The notes under the pieces: model-generated | Told to the model about the DNA's origin: nothing | Seen by the model: the letters and a program-made list of their open reading frames with translations, nothing else | Databases searched by the model: none | In this document: one piece after another, positions 37,010 through 50,290 of the stretch | How the letters are laid out: each line of letters opens with the position of its first letter | Position numbering within the stretch: position 1 is the stretch's first letter | Assembly: GCA_024679065.1 (NCBI GenBank) | Contig: JAGIQG010000014.1 | Span: 20,398,001-20,462,000 of the forward strand | Direction of reading: 5' to 3' | DNA from: Sphyrna mokarran | Taxonomy: Eukaryota | Length of the DNA: 64,000 nucleotides | Made by a program: the position numbers and the translations under genes

Positions 37010-37970
37010 ATACTGGCTCAGAGCCAGAGATGCAAGTCAGTATGGACAGATTTTCCACAACTTGTGACAACTTTGGACTCACTATCAACATTAAAAAGAC
37101 TGAAGTCATGCACCAGCCTGCTCCTCATGCACTGTACACAGAACCCATAATCACAATCAAAGGGCATAAATTACAGGCAGTGGATCAGTTCACTTATCTT
37201 GGCAGCACCCTCTCCCAAGCAGTGACTATTGATACAGAAGTTAATTGCAGAATAGCGAAGGCAAGCTCTGCTTTCAGTAAACTGCACTCCACTGTATGGG
37301 AATGTCAAGGAATCAGCCCAGCAACAAAACTGATGGTCTACAGCGCTGTGGTACTCACTACTCTAATGTATGCCTGTGAAACATGGATTGTGTATCGAAG
37401 GCATGCAAGACAGCTCAGTCATTTCCACATAACTTGTCTTTGCAGAATATTATGCATCAGATGGCAAGTACCAGACAATGAAGTTCTCCCTAAGCAAGCC
37501 GACCATCAGTCCACACACAGCTGATGAGAGCGCTGACCCAGTGGGCAGGTCATGTCATCCGTATGCCAGACGAGCAGATATCCAAGCAGCTCCTTTTTTG
37601 GGGAACTCTGTGCTGGAAGGTGCTCGTATGGAGGGCAGAAGAAATGTTACAAAGACACACTTAAGGCCTCCTTGAAGTTGCTTGACATAGACACAATCAC
37701 CTGGGAAACGTGGCACAAAACTGCCCTACCTTGTGCTGCCTCATCCACAAGGGCTGTTGTATATTGCTGAAGCACAACTTCAGTGTGAGCTGCGCAAGTC
37801 CAGAGCCACCAGCACAACAACTACAGTGTCTGCACAAGTCTGTCCAATATGTACGAGGATATTCCCTGCCCAGATTGGCCTGATCAGTCATCTTAAGGCG
37901 TACCACATCCAGCCTCAAAATGACTAACAGTGTCAAGGTCCTCATCGACGACAATGGACAAACAACTAAC
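37010..37970 (+). mobile_element. RTE-clade LINE, 5'-truncated
   Basis: FGLTINIKKTEVMHQP, FTYLGSTLS, RIAKASSAF and YKDTLKASLK; C-terminal CPIC..LISHLKAYH; short 3' UTR ending GGACAAACAAC. Confidence 0.9.
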
Positions 37971-38509
37971 TTGGAATTTCCTTATATTTTATTTCTTCTC
38001 CACATTGCACAAGGAGGACCTTTATTTCCACCAACTTGTCTACACTACTAAGTATTTTAAAAAAATTCATTTACAGGCCTTGTGGAAAAAGTGCCAGCAG
38101 AGGCACAATGGGACAAATGGCTTCTTAGACTATAAGACTCATTGATTTCGAACGGGTTTATAAATGTTAAGTGCAATAGACCATCTTCTAACGAAATGAA
38201 CAACGATGAATGAAATTCAAATTGGTGACTTTGATGCAAAATTCAGGTTAGGTTTGAATTTTGCATTCTTCATTTGTGAAAGAAAAGAGATTATTTCTGG
38301 GATGATTGCTTTCCTAATATTAAGGGTAGTGAAGCAATTATTCTGGCTCTACTATGAAGCAAGCAATATTCATGAAGTAAGTTCTCATAGTCTGTAGTCA
38401 AATAACTGGCAAAAAGATTCATGCATACATTTGACTGAACTCTTGATAATAGAGGAGCAGGTTGATTTTGAGAGATTGTGTGTTTCACCGAGGGGGTCCT
38501 CTATTGGAT

Positions 38510-38645
38510 TGGCTGGATTTTCTGGTCCCACCATTGTCAATGGGATTTGCTGTTGGATGCACCCCTCGCCACCGGGAAACCTGCAATGAGGCTGTCACTG
38601 GGACTGGAAGATCCCGTCAGTGTGAATGATTGGAAAGTTCCAGCT
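38510..38645. mobile_element. MITE-like element
   Basis: Ends GGCTGGATTTTC / GGAAAGTTCCAGC; internally related to the 25670 and 36570 copies. Confidence 0.55.
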
Positions 38646-39429
38646 GAAATCTTTCAACAGAAATCATGAAAATTTTGTGTTCAGGTTTGTCCATCCACCC
38701 CACGAGGGACCATAGTCACCTCTCTCTGTATCAGAAAGGGACAATGCTTATTGCTGGAGTGGCACCACTCTACATCATGCATGACTGATCAAGAGTCCCT
38801 CCTACACTTACTGCCTGTGTAGGAGGGACTCTTACACAGTCCCTGTGTAAGACTTTCCAAAATTTTGGAAAGATTAGTAGGTGCCATCAAGTAAAAGAAT
38901 AAATAAAATGGTTGGTGAATTTTTAGCCTTTATTGAAGAGAGCTGGACTAAAAAGTGAAGGTCTTCTATATTCTCCTTCTATAAAGCTCAAGTTAGATTG
39001 TATGTCACCACAGGAAGATATAATAACCTTGAGACGAGTGTAGTGTAGTTACTAGAATGATACTGGAGCAAAAGGATTGAATTATTGGGGCAGGTTGCAG
39101 AGACAAGGTTTGTATTCCTTGAGGAAAGATGATTACGCGTGTTCCAATTATGGCATTTAACATGATTAAGTAATCTGATAGGATAAAGAAAAAGAAATTA
39201 TCGTCAGGGAAGATGTTGTCAGGAAGCATAGACTGGATAGTGGAAATCTGGGATGTTTTCCTTCAAAAAGCTATTGAGACTAGAACAATTGAGCATTTAA
39301 ACCTGTAAACAGTGGCAGGTAAATGGAGCAGCCATACAAATCAACTACAATCTAATTGCCAATTAGAGCTTGTCTTTTGCTCTTAAAAACAGTTTTTCTT
39401 TTTTTAAAATGTGATGTTAAACAAAAACA

Positions 39430-40042
39430 GGACAGAATTTTATGTTGCTCAGGCTGGCACACGCCTGACTCAGAAGCAGATGAAATTGTGGGTGAAGGTG
39501 TCAGTGCACGCTCTCACAATATTTTGGTTGGTAGGCACGCACATAAGCAGGTAGCACTGGAAACTGACAATCAAGCAAGCAATGTAGCTCATTAAGGGGC
39601 CAAATTGCTGCAATGTTATGTGGCCTGTCTGTTTTTACAGTTGGCAGATAGGCTAGTTGGCCAGATGGCCTTGACATTTTAGCTTCAACTGCAATCCAGG
39701 GTGGGATTAACAATCTGGGCAAAAATAAAATTAACACATGTGGCTGGGGATTGATGTATGTGTACGATCGTGCTGCCTGGACACTTGTAGCATAGTCTAA
39801 ACATTGATATTTATTTTTCATAGGTCAAAATCTCCCTTGGAGGCAGCTCCAAGAAGCACATTAGATATGTCAGCCCACACCCTCCCTTTTCTCAGCACCC
39901 ACCCTCCCCGGCACAGTCAGTGTGTTTCACATTGGATGACCATTAACTGGCCAGCCAACATGAAATTGCACTATGGGGCTGACTTAGTATCCATTTATGG
40001 ATCCATCTGACTACATGGGTCCAACAGGTGAAAATTCTAGAC
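39430..40042. mobile_element. Longer MITE-like non-autonomous DNA element
   Basis: Ends GGACAGAATTTT / AAAATTCTAGAC; internal TTAAGGGGCCAAATTG motif recurs in similar form near 20660-20700 and 52690-52720. Confidence 0.45.
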
Positions 40043-42017
40043 AACAACATCTTTTAAGTTTGGTGAGAGTTCCTTCAAGCATGTTCAAGCATGAGAGCAC
40101 AAACACTGCCCCCTACCCCCTGCATGAAGTTTGACAATTGTAATCTTGAGTGCAAGTAAATTGTTAAATTTGTTAAATGATACAACCAGTATTAGGTTAG
40201 CTTCAGTATGTTGCTTGTATTTCAAATCATCTGTCATGAACAAGCTCAGATCGATCTTAAGAATTCACGCCTTGGATTTAGTCTGGCCATTGGTCTCTGA
40301 ACTCTGTTGCATAATAATTTTGATGTTATAGTGCCCAAAATTGCAAACATATATGCTAGAAGTGGTCTTACCAAAGAATTGCAGTGGTTAAAATTACCTG
40401 CTTGAACTGTTGATCAGATGCCTTCAGCAAACCTTGGAAGAGCCTTGTTGAGGCCTTATTCCCCCGTGAATAAACCTTGCAATTGATTTTATGAGGCATG
40501 GTACAAAGAGTGTTCAAGGAGACCACACTACAGGGAACCATAAGCCTTCATTGCATATGAAAATGAGTAATATTTCAACCTATGCCAAATTCCATGTGTC
40601 TTGCTCCATTGAACCTTCCCTGTAAAAACTGAACACACTGGAGTCCTCATATATCAGCAGTCTTCAATTCTGCCTTCAGTTAATGCATATATTACGGACT
40701 ACCTCATGACAGTATCCTGTCCACAGAAGTACACGGTGATGTTTCTATCATAAGGTACTGCTAAAAACTTTACTGAGTTTAATCATTCTTCCTTGCAAAA
40801 GCATTGCAATTGATTTAAAGGTTATTGTACCTAATCTTTGCACTTCGGGAACAGAAACCTGTGCATTTAGCTGATGCCTCTGACCCCTGGGAGGCCAAGG
40901 ATGGTGTCAACTTTGAAAGCATTGTGGGCGACACATCTCTGCTAAGTGTGCCCTTCATGCTATCCAATGAGATAAGTCTTTCCTCAGGGGGCTTGGATGC
41001 ATAAGGCAGCATGAAAACCTCATGCTGTTGTGACCTTCATCTAGATTTACACTCTAGATGTCATGTGCAGGCTGCTGGCATGTAGATGATTCAGCTCAAG
41101 GTGACCTCTCCAGTGAAGTGGAGAGGGTGCAATCAAGATTCCTCTGACATGTCCGGCTTCAGGAGTGAAGGGACGCTGATGGTTAGAGACAGAATGCTTG
41201 AGGAGTCATTAGCTATTTGCAATCTCCACTTTCTGAGTTTCAATCAAACATACAAATTAGCCATTATGATCGTAGTGCTCTTTGTATGTGAAGCAGCTCC
41301 AATTTACAAAATTGGCCCTATTCCCAGGAAAGAGTTAACCACCATGGGAGCTTCCACTATTTGGCCTCATTTACAGACTTTCCAGAAGGTTTCCAGAAAT
41401 TAAACTAGTCCTTTTGGGTGTAAGAACAGGAATAAACATAATTTAAAAGCTTATGAATGTGTTTTTTCCTCACTGACAGACCACTATACCCTCACTGTAA
41501 CGAGAAAAAAAAACCTCTCCTTATCTTTGAGAAGTCATTTACAGCTATTTGAAATCCAGTTACTCTCAGATCTGAACTGACATGATGCCAACAGCCAGGA
41601 TTTAATACCCTTGCAACAGACTATCTCCCCGGGCAGATATGGTGGGCCTTTAAATTGCTGCTTACTTTGGTGGGACCCTAATATCATGCTCAGCAGGAAG
41701 GGTCGAAAATTCTTGGCCATACGTTTTGTGAGAAATCCATTTTCAACTGTTTTAATCAAATTACCAAATTTAAATATATTAGCATATGCTTCAGAATAAA
41801 ATCGAAACAATGTTTTAAGATGCTGGTCAATTGCACAGACTCATGACAGAGCCTGAGAAATATGCAAATATGTTTATGCAGAAACTTAAGAGAAAAAAAA
41901 CACTTAAAAATGAGCACAATTTTGGGACTAATTTATGTTAGATTGTCCACTGTGCCCCAACCCACAAAGTGGAAACGCTACCCATTTAGATCCTCACTTC
42001 GGTTAGCTTGTTGACCA

Positions 42018-42308
42018 GGGCAGCACAATGGCACAGTGGTTAGCACTGGGTTCAGTTCCTGGCCTCGGGTCACTGTCTGTGTGGAGTTTGCATGTTCTCC
42101 CCATGTCTGTGTGGGCTTCCTCTAGGTGCTCCAGTTTCTTCCCACAGTGCAAAGATGTGTGGGTTAGGCGGATTGGCCGTGCTAAAAATTGCCCCTTAAT
42201 GTCAGGGAGACTAGCAAGGTGAAATACCTGGGGTTATGGGGATAGGACCTGGGTGGGATTGTGGTCAGTGCAGACTCGATCGGTTGAATGTCCTCCTTCT
42301 GCTCTGTT
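42018..42308 (+). mobile_element. HE1/V-type SINE
   Basis: GGGCAGCACAATGGCACAGTGGTTAGCACTG head and GTGTGGAGTTTGCATGTTCTCCCC core. Confidence 0.88.
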
Positions 42309-42442
42309 GGCGAGTAGATTCTCAACCAGCTTTTTTTTATGGAAAGCTGTACACTCTAACACCTACAATCATCGCTGGATAGCTTTTTGTCTTGACAGTT
42401 AGAGAAGCTAGGGTTCCAGGATGTAAACACTCTATATCAATA

Positions 42443-42732
42443 CAGGGTGAGACTGTTGCCTCACAGTACCAGAGACTTGGATTCGATTCAGGCCAACAAC
42501 CTCTGTCTGTATGTAGTTTGTACGTTCTCCTCGTGCTTGCACGGGTTTCCTCTGGGTGCTCTGATTTCCTCCCACAGTCCAAAGATGTGCAGGTTAGATG
42601 GATTGACCATGATAAATTACAGGGATAGAGTGGGGGGAGGGGGGAGAGAGCAAAATGTTCTTTTAGAGGATTGGTGCAGATTCAATGGGCTGAATGGCCT
42701 CCTTCTGCACAGTAGTGATTCAATGGTTCTAT
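42443..42732 (+). mobile_element. HE1/V-type SINE
   Basis: V core TTTCCTCCCACAGTCCAAAGATGTGCAGGTTAG and tail. Confidence 0.82.
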
Positions 42733-43706
42733 CTGTTCTCTATTTCATCTTGGAAACTGGTGGGAAATTCCAGTTTTTGTGTTCCCGGTCTATGAGGAAT
42801 TTGTATTGGAGTCCATCAGCCCTTTGCTGGGACCAGCGTTAATTTTTAATCTATTTTTTGTTGTTGTTGAGAAGTTCAGTCATATTTACACTGATGCCTC
42901 ACGCAGCTGGCACAGCCTGGCCACCACACTCTTCTCAGCTGCCTTGTGAAAACTAAAGTGGGGAAGCATGTGGTGTCCTTACTTGTCCTTAAGGGACCCA
43001 ATTTGCTATTTGATTTTGGTAATTAGTAATGTGATTCAGTTTAATAGCTCACTTGGATTCTCTTCTCCCATTGTGTACTGCTGAAGCTCTTTTCATTGTA
43101 CTGAGAAGAAATGTTATCAGGAACACTGGAGCGTCCTTATCACTATTTACATGACAAAGGCTTCCCAGACAAGAACAGCAGAGCTAATGTTCAATGAGAT
43201 TGCAGATTAAATTATGGATGGGTTTCATTTTCCTTACGCCTCCAATCTTTGTTTCTTCCCTTTATGCCATTAAATCATGATTATGTTCACTGGGTGATTG
43301 CAAAGTCAAGTGTGGCTCTGGATTATAAATTACACTTGTCAATTAAATCATTTCACCAGGCAAATTTCATCAAGTTAAAAGATTCTGTGGTAAAGATTTA
43401 TCTAAATCATGCTTTTGACAGCTAATTGCTAGTTTTGTTTCAGTTTTTAAAACTATGTCAAATCTTATTCGTAGGAGCAGCTTTGAATAAATGATTTGCA
43501 TTGCCCAAATCTAACCCCATTCTCGGTCAACAGTCACGCATGTAAGTTCTGACAAAGGTAATGGACGGCAAAATGGAGAGAGGGGTTGGGATATTTCCAC
43601 CCTCTCGCTATAGTGATAGGCAACCTAGGCTAGTGAGTGGGCCACATGAGTGGCTCTCCAACAGCTCAAGATTGAAATCAGGCTTGTTTTCTCACCATGA
43701 CCCCAT

Positions 43707-43900
43707 GGACGGCACAGTGGCATAGTGGTTAGCACTGCTAACAACACCAGGAACCTGGGTTCGATTCCCATCTTGGGTCACTGTGTGGAGTTTGCACATT
43801 CTCCCTGTGTCTGTGTGGATTTCCCCCTGATGCTTCAGTTTCCTCCCACAGTCCAAAGATATGCAGGTTACATGGATTGGCCATATTAAATTGTCCCTTA
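43707..43900 (+). mobile_element. HE1/V-type SINE, 3'-truncated
   Basis: GGCACAGTGGCATAGTGGTTAGCACTG head, GGGTTCGATTCCC B-box and V core. Confidence 0.85.
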
Positions 43901-44015
43901 GCTTCTGAACCCTGCTCTTTGGTTGAAATTTGGGTCAAAACTTGCGCTGCCTGAGAAACAGAAATTTGTTACGATTTTCTCCAGACTGGCTAATTATTAG
44001 GCAGAGAGTAAGTTT

Positions 44016-45290
44016 CAAAGAACAAAACAGCACAGGAAACAGGCCCTTCGGCCCACCGAGCCCGCGCCGCCACCCCGATGTTCCCATCTCTATCCGTGAT
44101 CCCTGTCAATGTTTATAGATTAAAATATGGATTAAAAACCAAATTTGAGACAATTTAGGGAGAATTTGTTTTGCCAATTAGCCGAAGAGCACATCTTTGG
44201 GATGTGGGAGGAAACCGGAGCACCCGGAGAAAACCCACCCAAGCACGGGGAGAATGCGCAAACTTCCACAGACACAGGCCCAAATCCATGTATCTGCACA
44301 GCACAACGATAGTCACTGAGCTGTCGTGTTGCCCATCAAATGGTCCAGGTCAAGCATACACTAACGACGTGAAGCACTAGGATACTCTTAAAAAAGATCC
44401 AAGAGCAGCCCTCTCACGACCCATCGCGTCTATGCCCCTCATTAGACAACAAGGTGGACCAAAGCACCTGTAGGATAAAAACAAGTACATCAATATCATC
44501 ATCTATTTATACACTCCCCAGGGACTCTCAAGGCTCATGATCCCTATTTTAAATCAGTTTTCTATACCCCTCCATTCCCATTCTGTTCATGTGCCCATCT
44601 AAGTATTTCTTAAATAACTCCAGAGTACATGTCCCCATCACTTTACTTGGCAGAGCATTCCATATCCCCACCACCCTCTGTGTGAAAAAACTCCCTCTAG
44701 AATCCAAATTATTACTTACCCCCCTCACCCTAAGCCCGTGACCCCTCATGCTATTCGAGTCCATCCTAGGAAAAAGCTTAACCTTGTACACCTCTATTAG
44801 ATCTCCTCTAAGTCTATGTCTTTCTAAGGAAAACAGTCCTAATTTGCCTAACCTCTCCTTGTAACTCAGACCTTCCATACCAGGCAGCATCCTGGTAAAC
44901 CTCCTCTGCGCTCTCTCCAGAGTCTCCACGTCCTTCCGGTAGTAAGGCGACCAGAACTGGACACAGTATTCCAAATGAGGCCTAACCAACATTTTATACA
45001 AATGCAACATTAAAGGCCAGCTCTTGTACTCTATACCCCTTCCTATAAAGGCTAGCATACTATATGCTTTCTTCATAACCTTCTCCACCTGCTCTGCCGC
45101 CTTCAGAGACTTGTGCACCTGCACCCCAGGTCCCTCTGTGTTTCTATACTCTTAGGTCTACCCTTTATCATATACCTCCCCCCTACATTCTTTCTCCCAA
45201 AATGCATCACCTCGCATTTATCAGGATTGAATTCCATCTGCCATCTACCAGCCTATCTATGTCCTGCTGCATCACCTGACAATGCTCCTC
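44016..45290 (-). mobile_element. CR1 LINE family 2, inverted relative to the 14123-15744 copy
   Basis: ORF 44549-45124 ends MEGYRKLI*, with the same 3' UTR including the V core; small internal deletions. Confidence 0.93.
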
Positions 45291-45739
45291 CTGTCCAATT
45301 AAATGTGGTGAGCAGGTGGAAACCTGAAACTGAGGGCCAATCAGATTCCTTTCAACCTGAAAGGAGAGGCAAGATGCCATGGTAGATAAATGACAGCCAA
45401 GGAGCTTCAAAATGGAAGTGACCTCCGTCTTGCTTTCTCTTAATTAAAATGGATTTTGCGGTGGGCCCCCACTGTTGAGATGGGGAGAGGCCTCTGCAGG
45501 GTGGTCTGCAATTGCTGGCTTCAGAGGAGAAAAGGCCAGTAGAAAGAAGAAAAAAACTCATGTGGCCAGGGCAAAACATGGAGTAAATTAACTCATTAAG
45601 TTGACTTTTCCCAAAATGCATTTGGGACATTTTACTTTGCCCACCAGTGAGTGACTCACTATGGTTTCTTTACTATATTCTGAACAAGATTCTGATGAGG
45701 CTGCCACAGATTAATTGTACTTCAAGAGGTATCCTGGTA

Positions 45740-46700
45740 CATGAATCACAAATTTAGTATGCAGGTATAACAAGAAAGGCAAATAGAATATTGTTGTTTC
45801 TGGAATATAAAAGTAGAGGTTAGTGTTAAAAGGGGAGCTTTATTGCAATTGTCCAAGGCTATGGTAAAACTACATCTGGCCTATTTTTGTCTCCTTATTT
45901 CAAAAGGAAAAGAAGTTGTTCAGAGAAGTTCGCTCAATTCATTCCTGAAGGGACTGGGGTGTTTTATGTAGGAAGGTTGAGTGGGCTGGGACTGTACCAA
46001 TTGGAATTTAGAAGAATGAAAGGCAATCTTTTTGAAGCGGATAAAACCCTGGGAGGACTACAGAGGGGGGAGGGCTAGGGGAAAGGGTGGATGGGATGCT
46101 TCCTCTTGTGGGGAATTGGAGCGCCATGGTGGCACCTGTGATTAGCACTGTTTCCTCACAGCACCAGAGACCTGGGTTCAACTCTCGGCTTGGGTCACTT
46201 TCTGTGTGGAGTCTGCACATTCTCCTCTTTTCTATGTGGGTTTTCTTTGGGTGCTTTGGTTTCCTCCCACAGTCCGAAAGATGTGCTGGCTAGGTGGATT
46301 GGCTTGCTAAGTTCTCCCTCAGTGTACTCGAACAGGCGCCGGAATGGGGCAACTAGGGGATTTTTCACAGTAACTGCATTGCAGTGTTAATGTATGTCTA
46401 CTTGTGACACTAATGAATAAACCGTAAAAAGGAACTATGGGACACAGTTTAAAAACAAGATGTCTCCCTTTTGAGATGGTGAGTTTTTCTTTTTCTCAGA
46501 GGGTCACTGGTCTGTGGAATTCTCTTCCTCTGAAGGCTGTGGAAACTGACTCCTTTGAGTTTAGTCAAAAGAAGAGTTGGATAAATTTCTGATAGGCAAG
46601 GGAGTCGGTGATCCTGTGGGGCAGGCAGAAGAATGGAGTTCAGACCACAACCTGATTGGCAATGATCTTACCCAATGGTGTTCAAACAGCCAGCCTTATA
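45740..46700 (+). mobile_element. Old CR1 3' remnant split by a SINE
   Basis: RLSGLGLYQLEFRRMKGNL in ORF 45887-46078; resumes with TTCTCAGAGGGTC..TGTGGAATTCTCT after 46430. Confidence 0.65.
46119..46423 (+). mobile_element. V-type SINE with alternative 3' tail
   Basis: Tail GGCAACTAGGGGATTTTTCACAGTAAC..GCAGTGTTAATGTA is shared with 6596-6863. Confidence 0.82.
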
Positions 46701-47619
46701 TTTCTATGTAGATTATTTTGCCTGGTAGAAACATATATTTAAACTAGCTGATTACTCATCTAGTTTTGTAGAGAGTACATATTGATGACATTGCCAACAG
46801 TATAGAACCTTTTTGTGACTTTAACTGTTTGTACTTCAATTTAGTTATTTGACAGCATAGAACTACTGCTTAGGTCTGCTCATGCATATTAAACAGGGTG
46901 AAATTAATTTTTGCTAAGTGCCATGGTTCAGTGTATTATTGCAAAGACTTAATGAGAACACTGGTAGAATTGTATCCACCTCTCCTTTCTTCAATAATTG
47001 ATTTCTTCACAGTTACAAAACTATCCATCTAAAGCTTAAGGGGTTCACAGCACACAGAGAAAGCGAGTCAATTTACATCCTTGAGTGAATACAGAAGGAA
47101 GATTCTTATAATTCCCCTGAAAATATCTACATGAAAGTGCTGAGTTATAAGACAAGGCAGTACAACTTGTTTTAATGAGAGAAAGAGTTCTTTTGAAGCT
47201 TTTGTGCTAGTTTTATAAATCGCACAGAGCTGATTTTTAGCCATTGTAATCAAAGACTTCAATTATTCATGATTGAAATCCTTTCAATTATCAAGAGCAA
47301 TTGTTGTCAAATATTAATGTCCACTTATTAACAGCAACAAGTCTGGAATTCTCATGCAAGCTTAGACAAAACAATTCTTCTTTTGCTGTGGTGAGTGTTG
47401 CATTGATGGTCAAATATTTGGAAATAAAGTTGGGTTTGGATGTGTTTAATTAACTGAGAGAGTCATCCCTCCCTCGGGACATTGCTGCAGGAATGTCATA
47501 GTAGCGTTGCAGCCCTAACCATTTTCAGTTGTTTCATTTATGACCTTTCCAATATAAGCTCAAGTTGATTGCATGATGATAGCACTATTTGCAGTTCCTC
47601 AGATAATGAAACATTGTTC

Positions 47620-48350
47620 CTACATGCAGCAAGAGCTGGCCAACCTTTGGGCTTGAGGTGATAAGTAACAATTAGCATTCATTCCACACATGTAACAGGC
47701 AGTGAATCCTTCCAAGTTGAGAAACTCTATCTCCCCACTAGTTTTATCATTGTGGAATCCCCACTATCAACATCATGTGATCTTTCACCATTGATCAGAA
47801 ACCTAACTGGCCAGCAATATGCTGCAGCAGAAGGTCAGATGCTGGAAATTCTGTGGAGAGTAAATTCACTTCCCAACCCCCCAGAGTCTGTCCACAATCC
47901 ACAAGGCAGGACTGCGATGGAATATTCTCTACTTGCCTGGGTGATTGTGGCTCCAAAACTCAAGAGAGTTGACACCAGTCAACAAAGCAGGACTAAGCAG
48001 TCTATCTGATCAGCACCCCAACCACTACTTTTAAACATTAACTCCCTCCACCACCAGTGCAGAATAGCAGCAGTGTTTGTGCCTATAAAATGCACTAAAA
48101 ACCAATTGATGCCTCTTTGACAGCACCTCCCAAATCCCTGACCTCTCTCATCTGGAAGGACAAGGGCAGCAGCTCCTTGGTTTCCCTTTAATTCAAACAT
48201 GATCCTGATTTTGAAATCTATTTTCATCATAGCTGGATCAAATTCATCATAGCTGGATCAAAACCTCAGAACTCTCTCCTAACAGGAGTGTAGAAGTACC
48301 GACACCTATGGGCTACAGCAGTTCAAGAGGACAGCTCTCCGAAAATGGCC
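47620..48350 (+). mobile_element. Old non-LTR LINE remnant (9700/34465 family)
   Basis: GGAATATTCTCTACTTGCCTGG, CTCCCTCCACCACC and GAAGGACAAGGGCAGCAG. Confidence 0.6.
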
Positions 48351-48409
48351 CTTAGACACTGTTGAAAAATCCTTTTACTGCCATTGACACCTGATACCAG
48401 GAATATATT

Positions 48410-49220
48410 TTTTAAAGAAGTGCTCTGGGGTTGTTTGACAAGGCAGCGTTGAAGGAGTTTTACTTTACGCATATCACCTATACTAGGATTGTTTGATGAG
48501 GCAGTACCCTGGAAGTATTTCATGAGAATTGTGTAAAGAGAATTGATAGCACTTGCCATTGCAGAGGGAGCGTTATTTTATGACCAACCTATTGCTATAC
48601 CTAGCTTGGGAGTGTTTCATGGGGATACTGTAGAGAGTATTACTTTGTAACTAATCAGAATAGCTCAGAATGTTTGAAGGAGGTATTATAGCGCGAGCTT
48701 TGATGGGACACTATGAGAAAGTTTTACTCTGTAATGAACCCATGCTGTACCTAACTTGGGAATGTTTGATGGGGACACTGTGGAGAGAGGTTTACTATTT
48801 AACAAACTCATGCTGTAACTAACCTGAGTATGTTTGATGGAGACATTGTAGAGAAAGTTTTGTTCTCTAACCTGTGCTGCACCTAACCTGGGAATATTTG
48901 GTGGCAACATTATAGACAGAGCTTTACTTTGTAACAAACTCATGCTGTAACTAACCTGAAAATGTTTGACAAAGGCACTTCTGTGAGAGATTTACTTTGT
49001 ATCTAACCTATATTATATCTAACCTGGGATGTTTGATGAATATTGTATGATGAGTTAATTGCAGTTGCCCTTGAGTGTTTGATGGATGGTTTAGAAGAAG
49101 TTTTACTGTGTATCTAACACTATATTGTGTATGTTGTACTTGTCCTTGATGAGACAGCCTAGAAGAAGCTTTACTCTCTTAACCCATACTACTTCCTGTG
49201 CTGAAAATGTTTGATGCTAA
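48410..49220 (+). repeat. Degenerate minisatellite, unit about 55-65 bp
   Basis: A dozen or so recurrences of CTAACCTGGGA.TGTTTGATGGG.ACA.TGTAGAGAG..TTTACT.TGTA. Confidence 0.85.
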
Positions 49221-49919
49221 CACAATGTAGCTTATGTGCTAAATTGTCTTACACCAACCATTGGGTAAAGAGTGGGAAATTCACAAAAAGATGCACGTAT
49301 TATGGAATTCCAATGACCTAGAAATGCCATTGAAAGATCATTCTTGCATTTTAAGATATCTGAATCTTTGAAATATGACTGCTTTATACCACATGCTAAT
49401 TATTATCCATTGCATCTCATACTGTTTGACAAACAGTATATTTAGAGTTTGGGGTGAGGGGAAGGGTGGATAATCTTTAAAACAAGTGTCCACACATAAC
49501 ACATTATTATTTATTTCATCATTCTGAAAACTTACTATCCAATTATGTTACACAAAATAAATTCCTGTTGCTAGTACCTTTTATTCATAAGCTGATGGTG
49601 TTCAGTGGTGTCAAGCTAGAGGTTAGTGTTTCACTGGGGTTGCTTTCCATCAGTGTAATCAGAGAAAGAGGCGACTTAATCGGATTTGGCCAAGGACATG
49701 AAATATCTGAATATAAATTTTAGGGCAAATGAAGAGGCTGGAGTTAACAAAATAACAGTTTAGATGGTTGTCATTCTTTGTAATTTACGAGACACTAACA
49801 GAATGACAAAGTTTGCCTTGTCAGACAGGCTTATAAGATGTTTTCCCTTATGGATAAAAAAAAAGTCTCTTGTTGCAATGATTTGATCAAATAATGGTTC
49901 CCATGCTTCGGTTGTATCA

Positions 49920-50290
49920 GCTTTTATGGAAGTATTCAAAATTATGGTGAGTTTGATTAGAGCAAATGAGGAGAAACTGCTTCCATTGGCAGGAAGGTCA
50001 ACAGCCAGAGGATACAGATTTAAGATAATTGGCTATTAAGATAATTGATATGATAATTAAGGTAACCATAGGGGAGATGAGGAGAGGTTTGTTTACACAG
50101 TGTGTTGGTTATGATTTGCAGTGCACTGTCTGACATAGTAGTGGAAGCAGGTTCAATTATTGCTCTCAAAATGGAATTGGATATGTACTGGAGAGAGGGA
50201 AAATGCATAGCAATGGGGTAAGAGTGGGAGAAACAGGACAAATTGGTCAATCTTTCGAAAAGCCAGTGTGGATCTGATAGGCTAGCTTTC
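49920..50290 (+). mobile_element. Old CR1 3' remnant
   Basis: GAGAAACTGCTTCCATTGGCAGG, ACCAGAGG-like and TTTACACAG..TTATGAT segments typical of a CR1 ORF2 end. Confidence 0.6.

Noticed and set aside
40815-41403. ORFs as a candidate large INSYN2B exon
   Set aside because: Short, and lacking the family motifs (LLKRNS, IQTSPSLRK, KVLLNVIQDLEK).
43707-43775. tRNA gene
   Set aside because: The A/B-box-like motifs belong to tRNA-derived SINE heads; no cloverleaf is evident.
48410-49220. CRISPR-like array
   Set aside because: Eukaryotic context, no unique spacers and no cas genes; it is a minisatellite.
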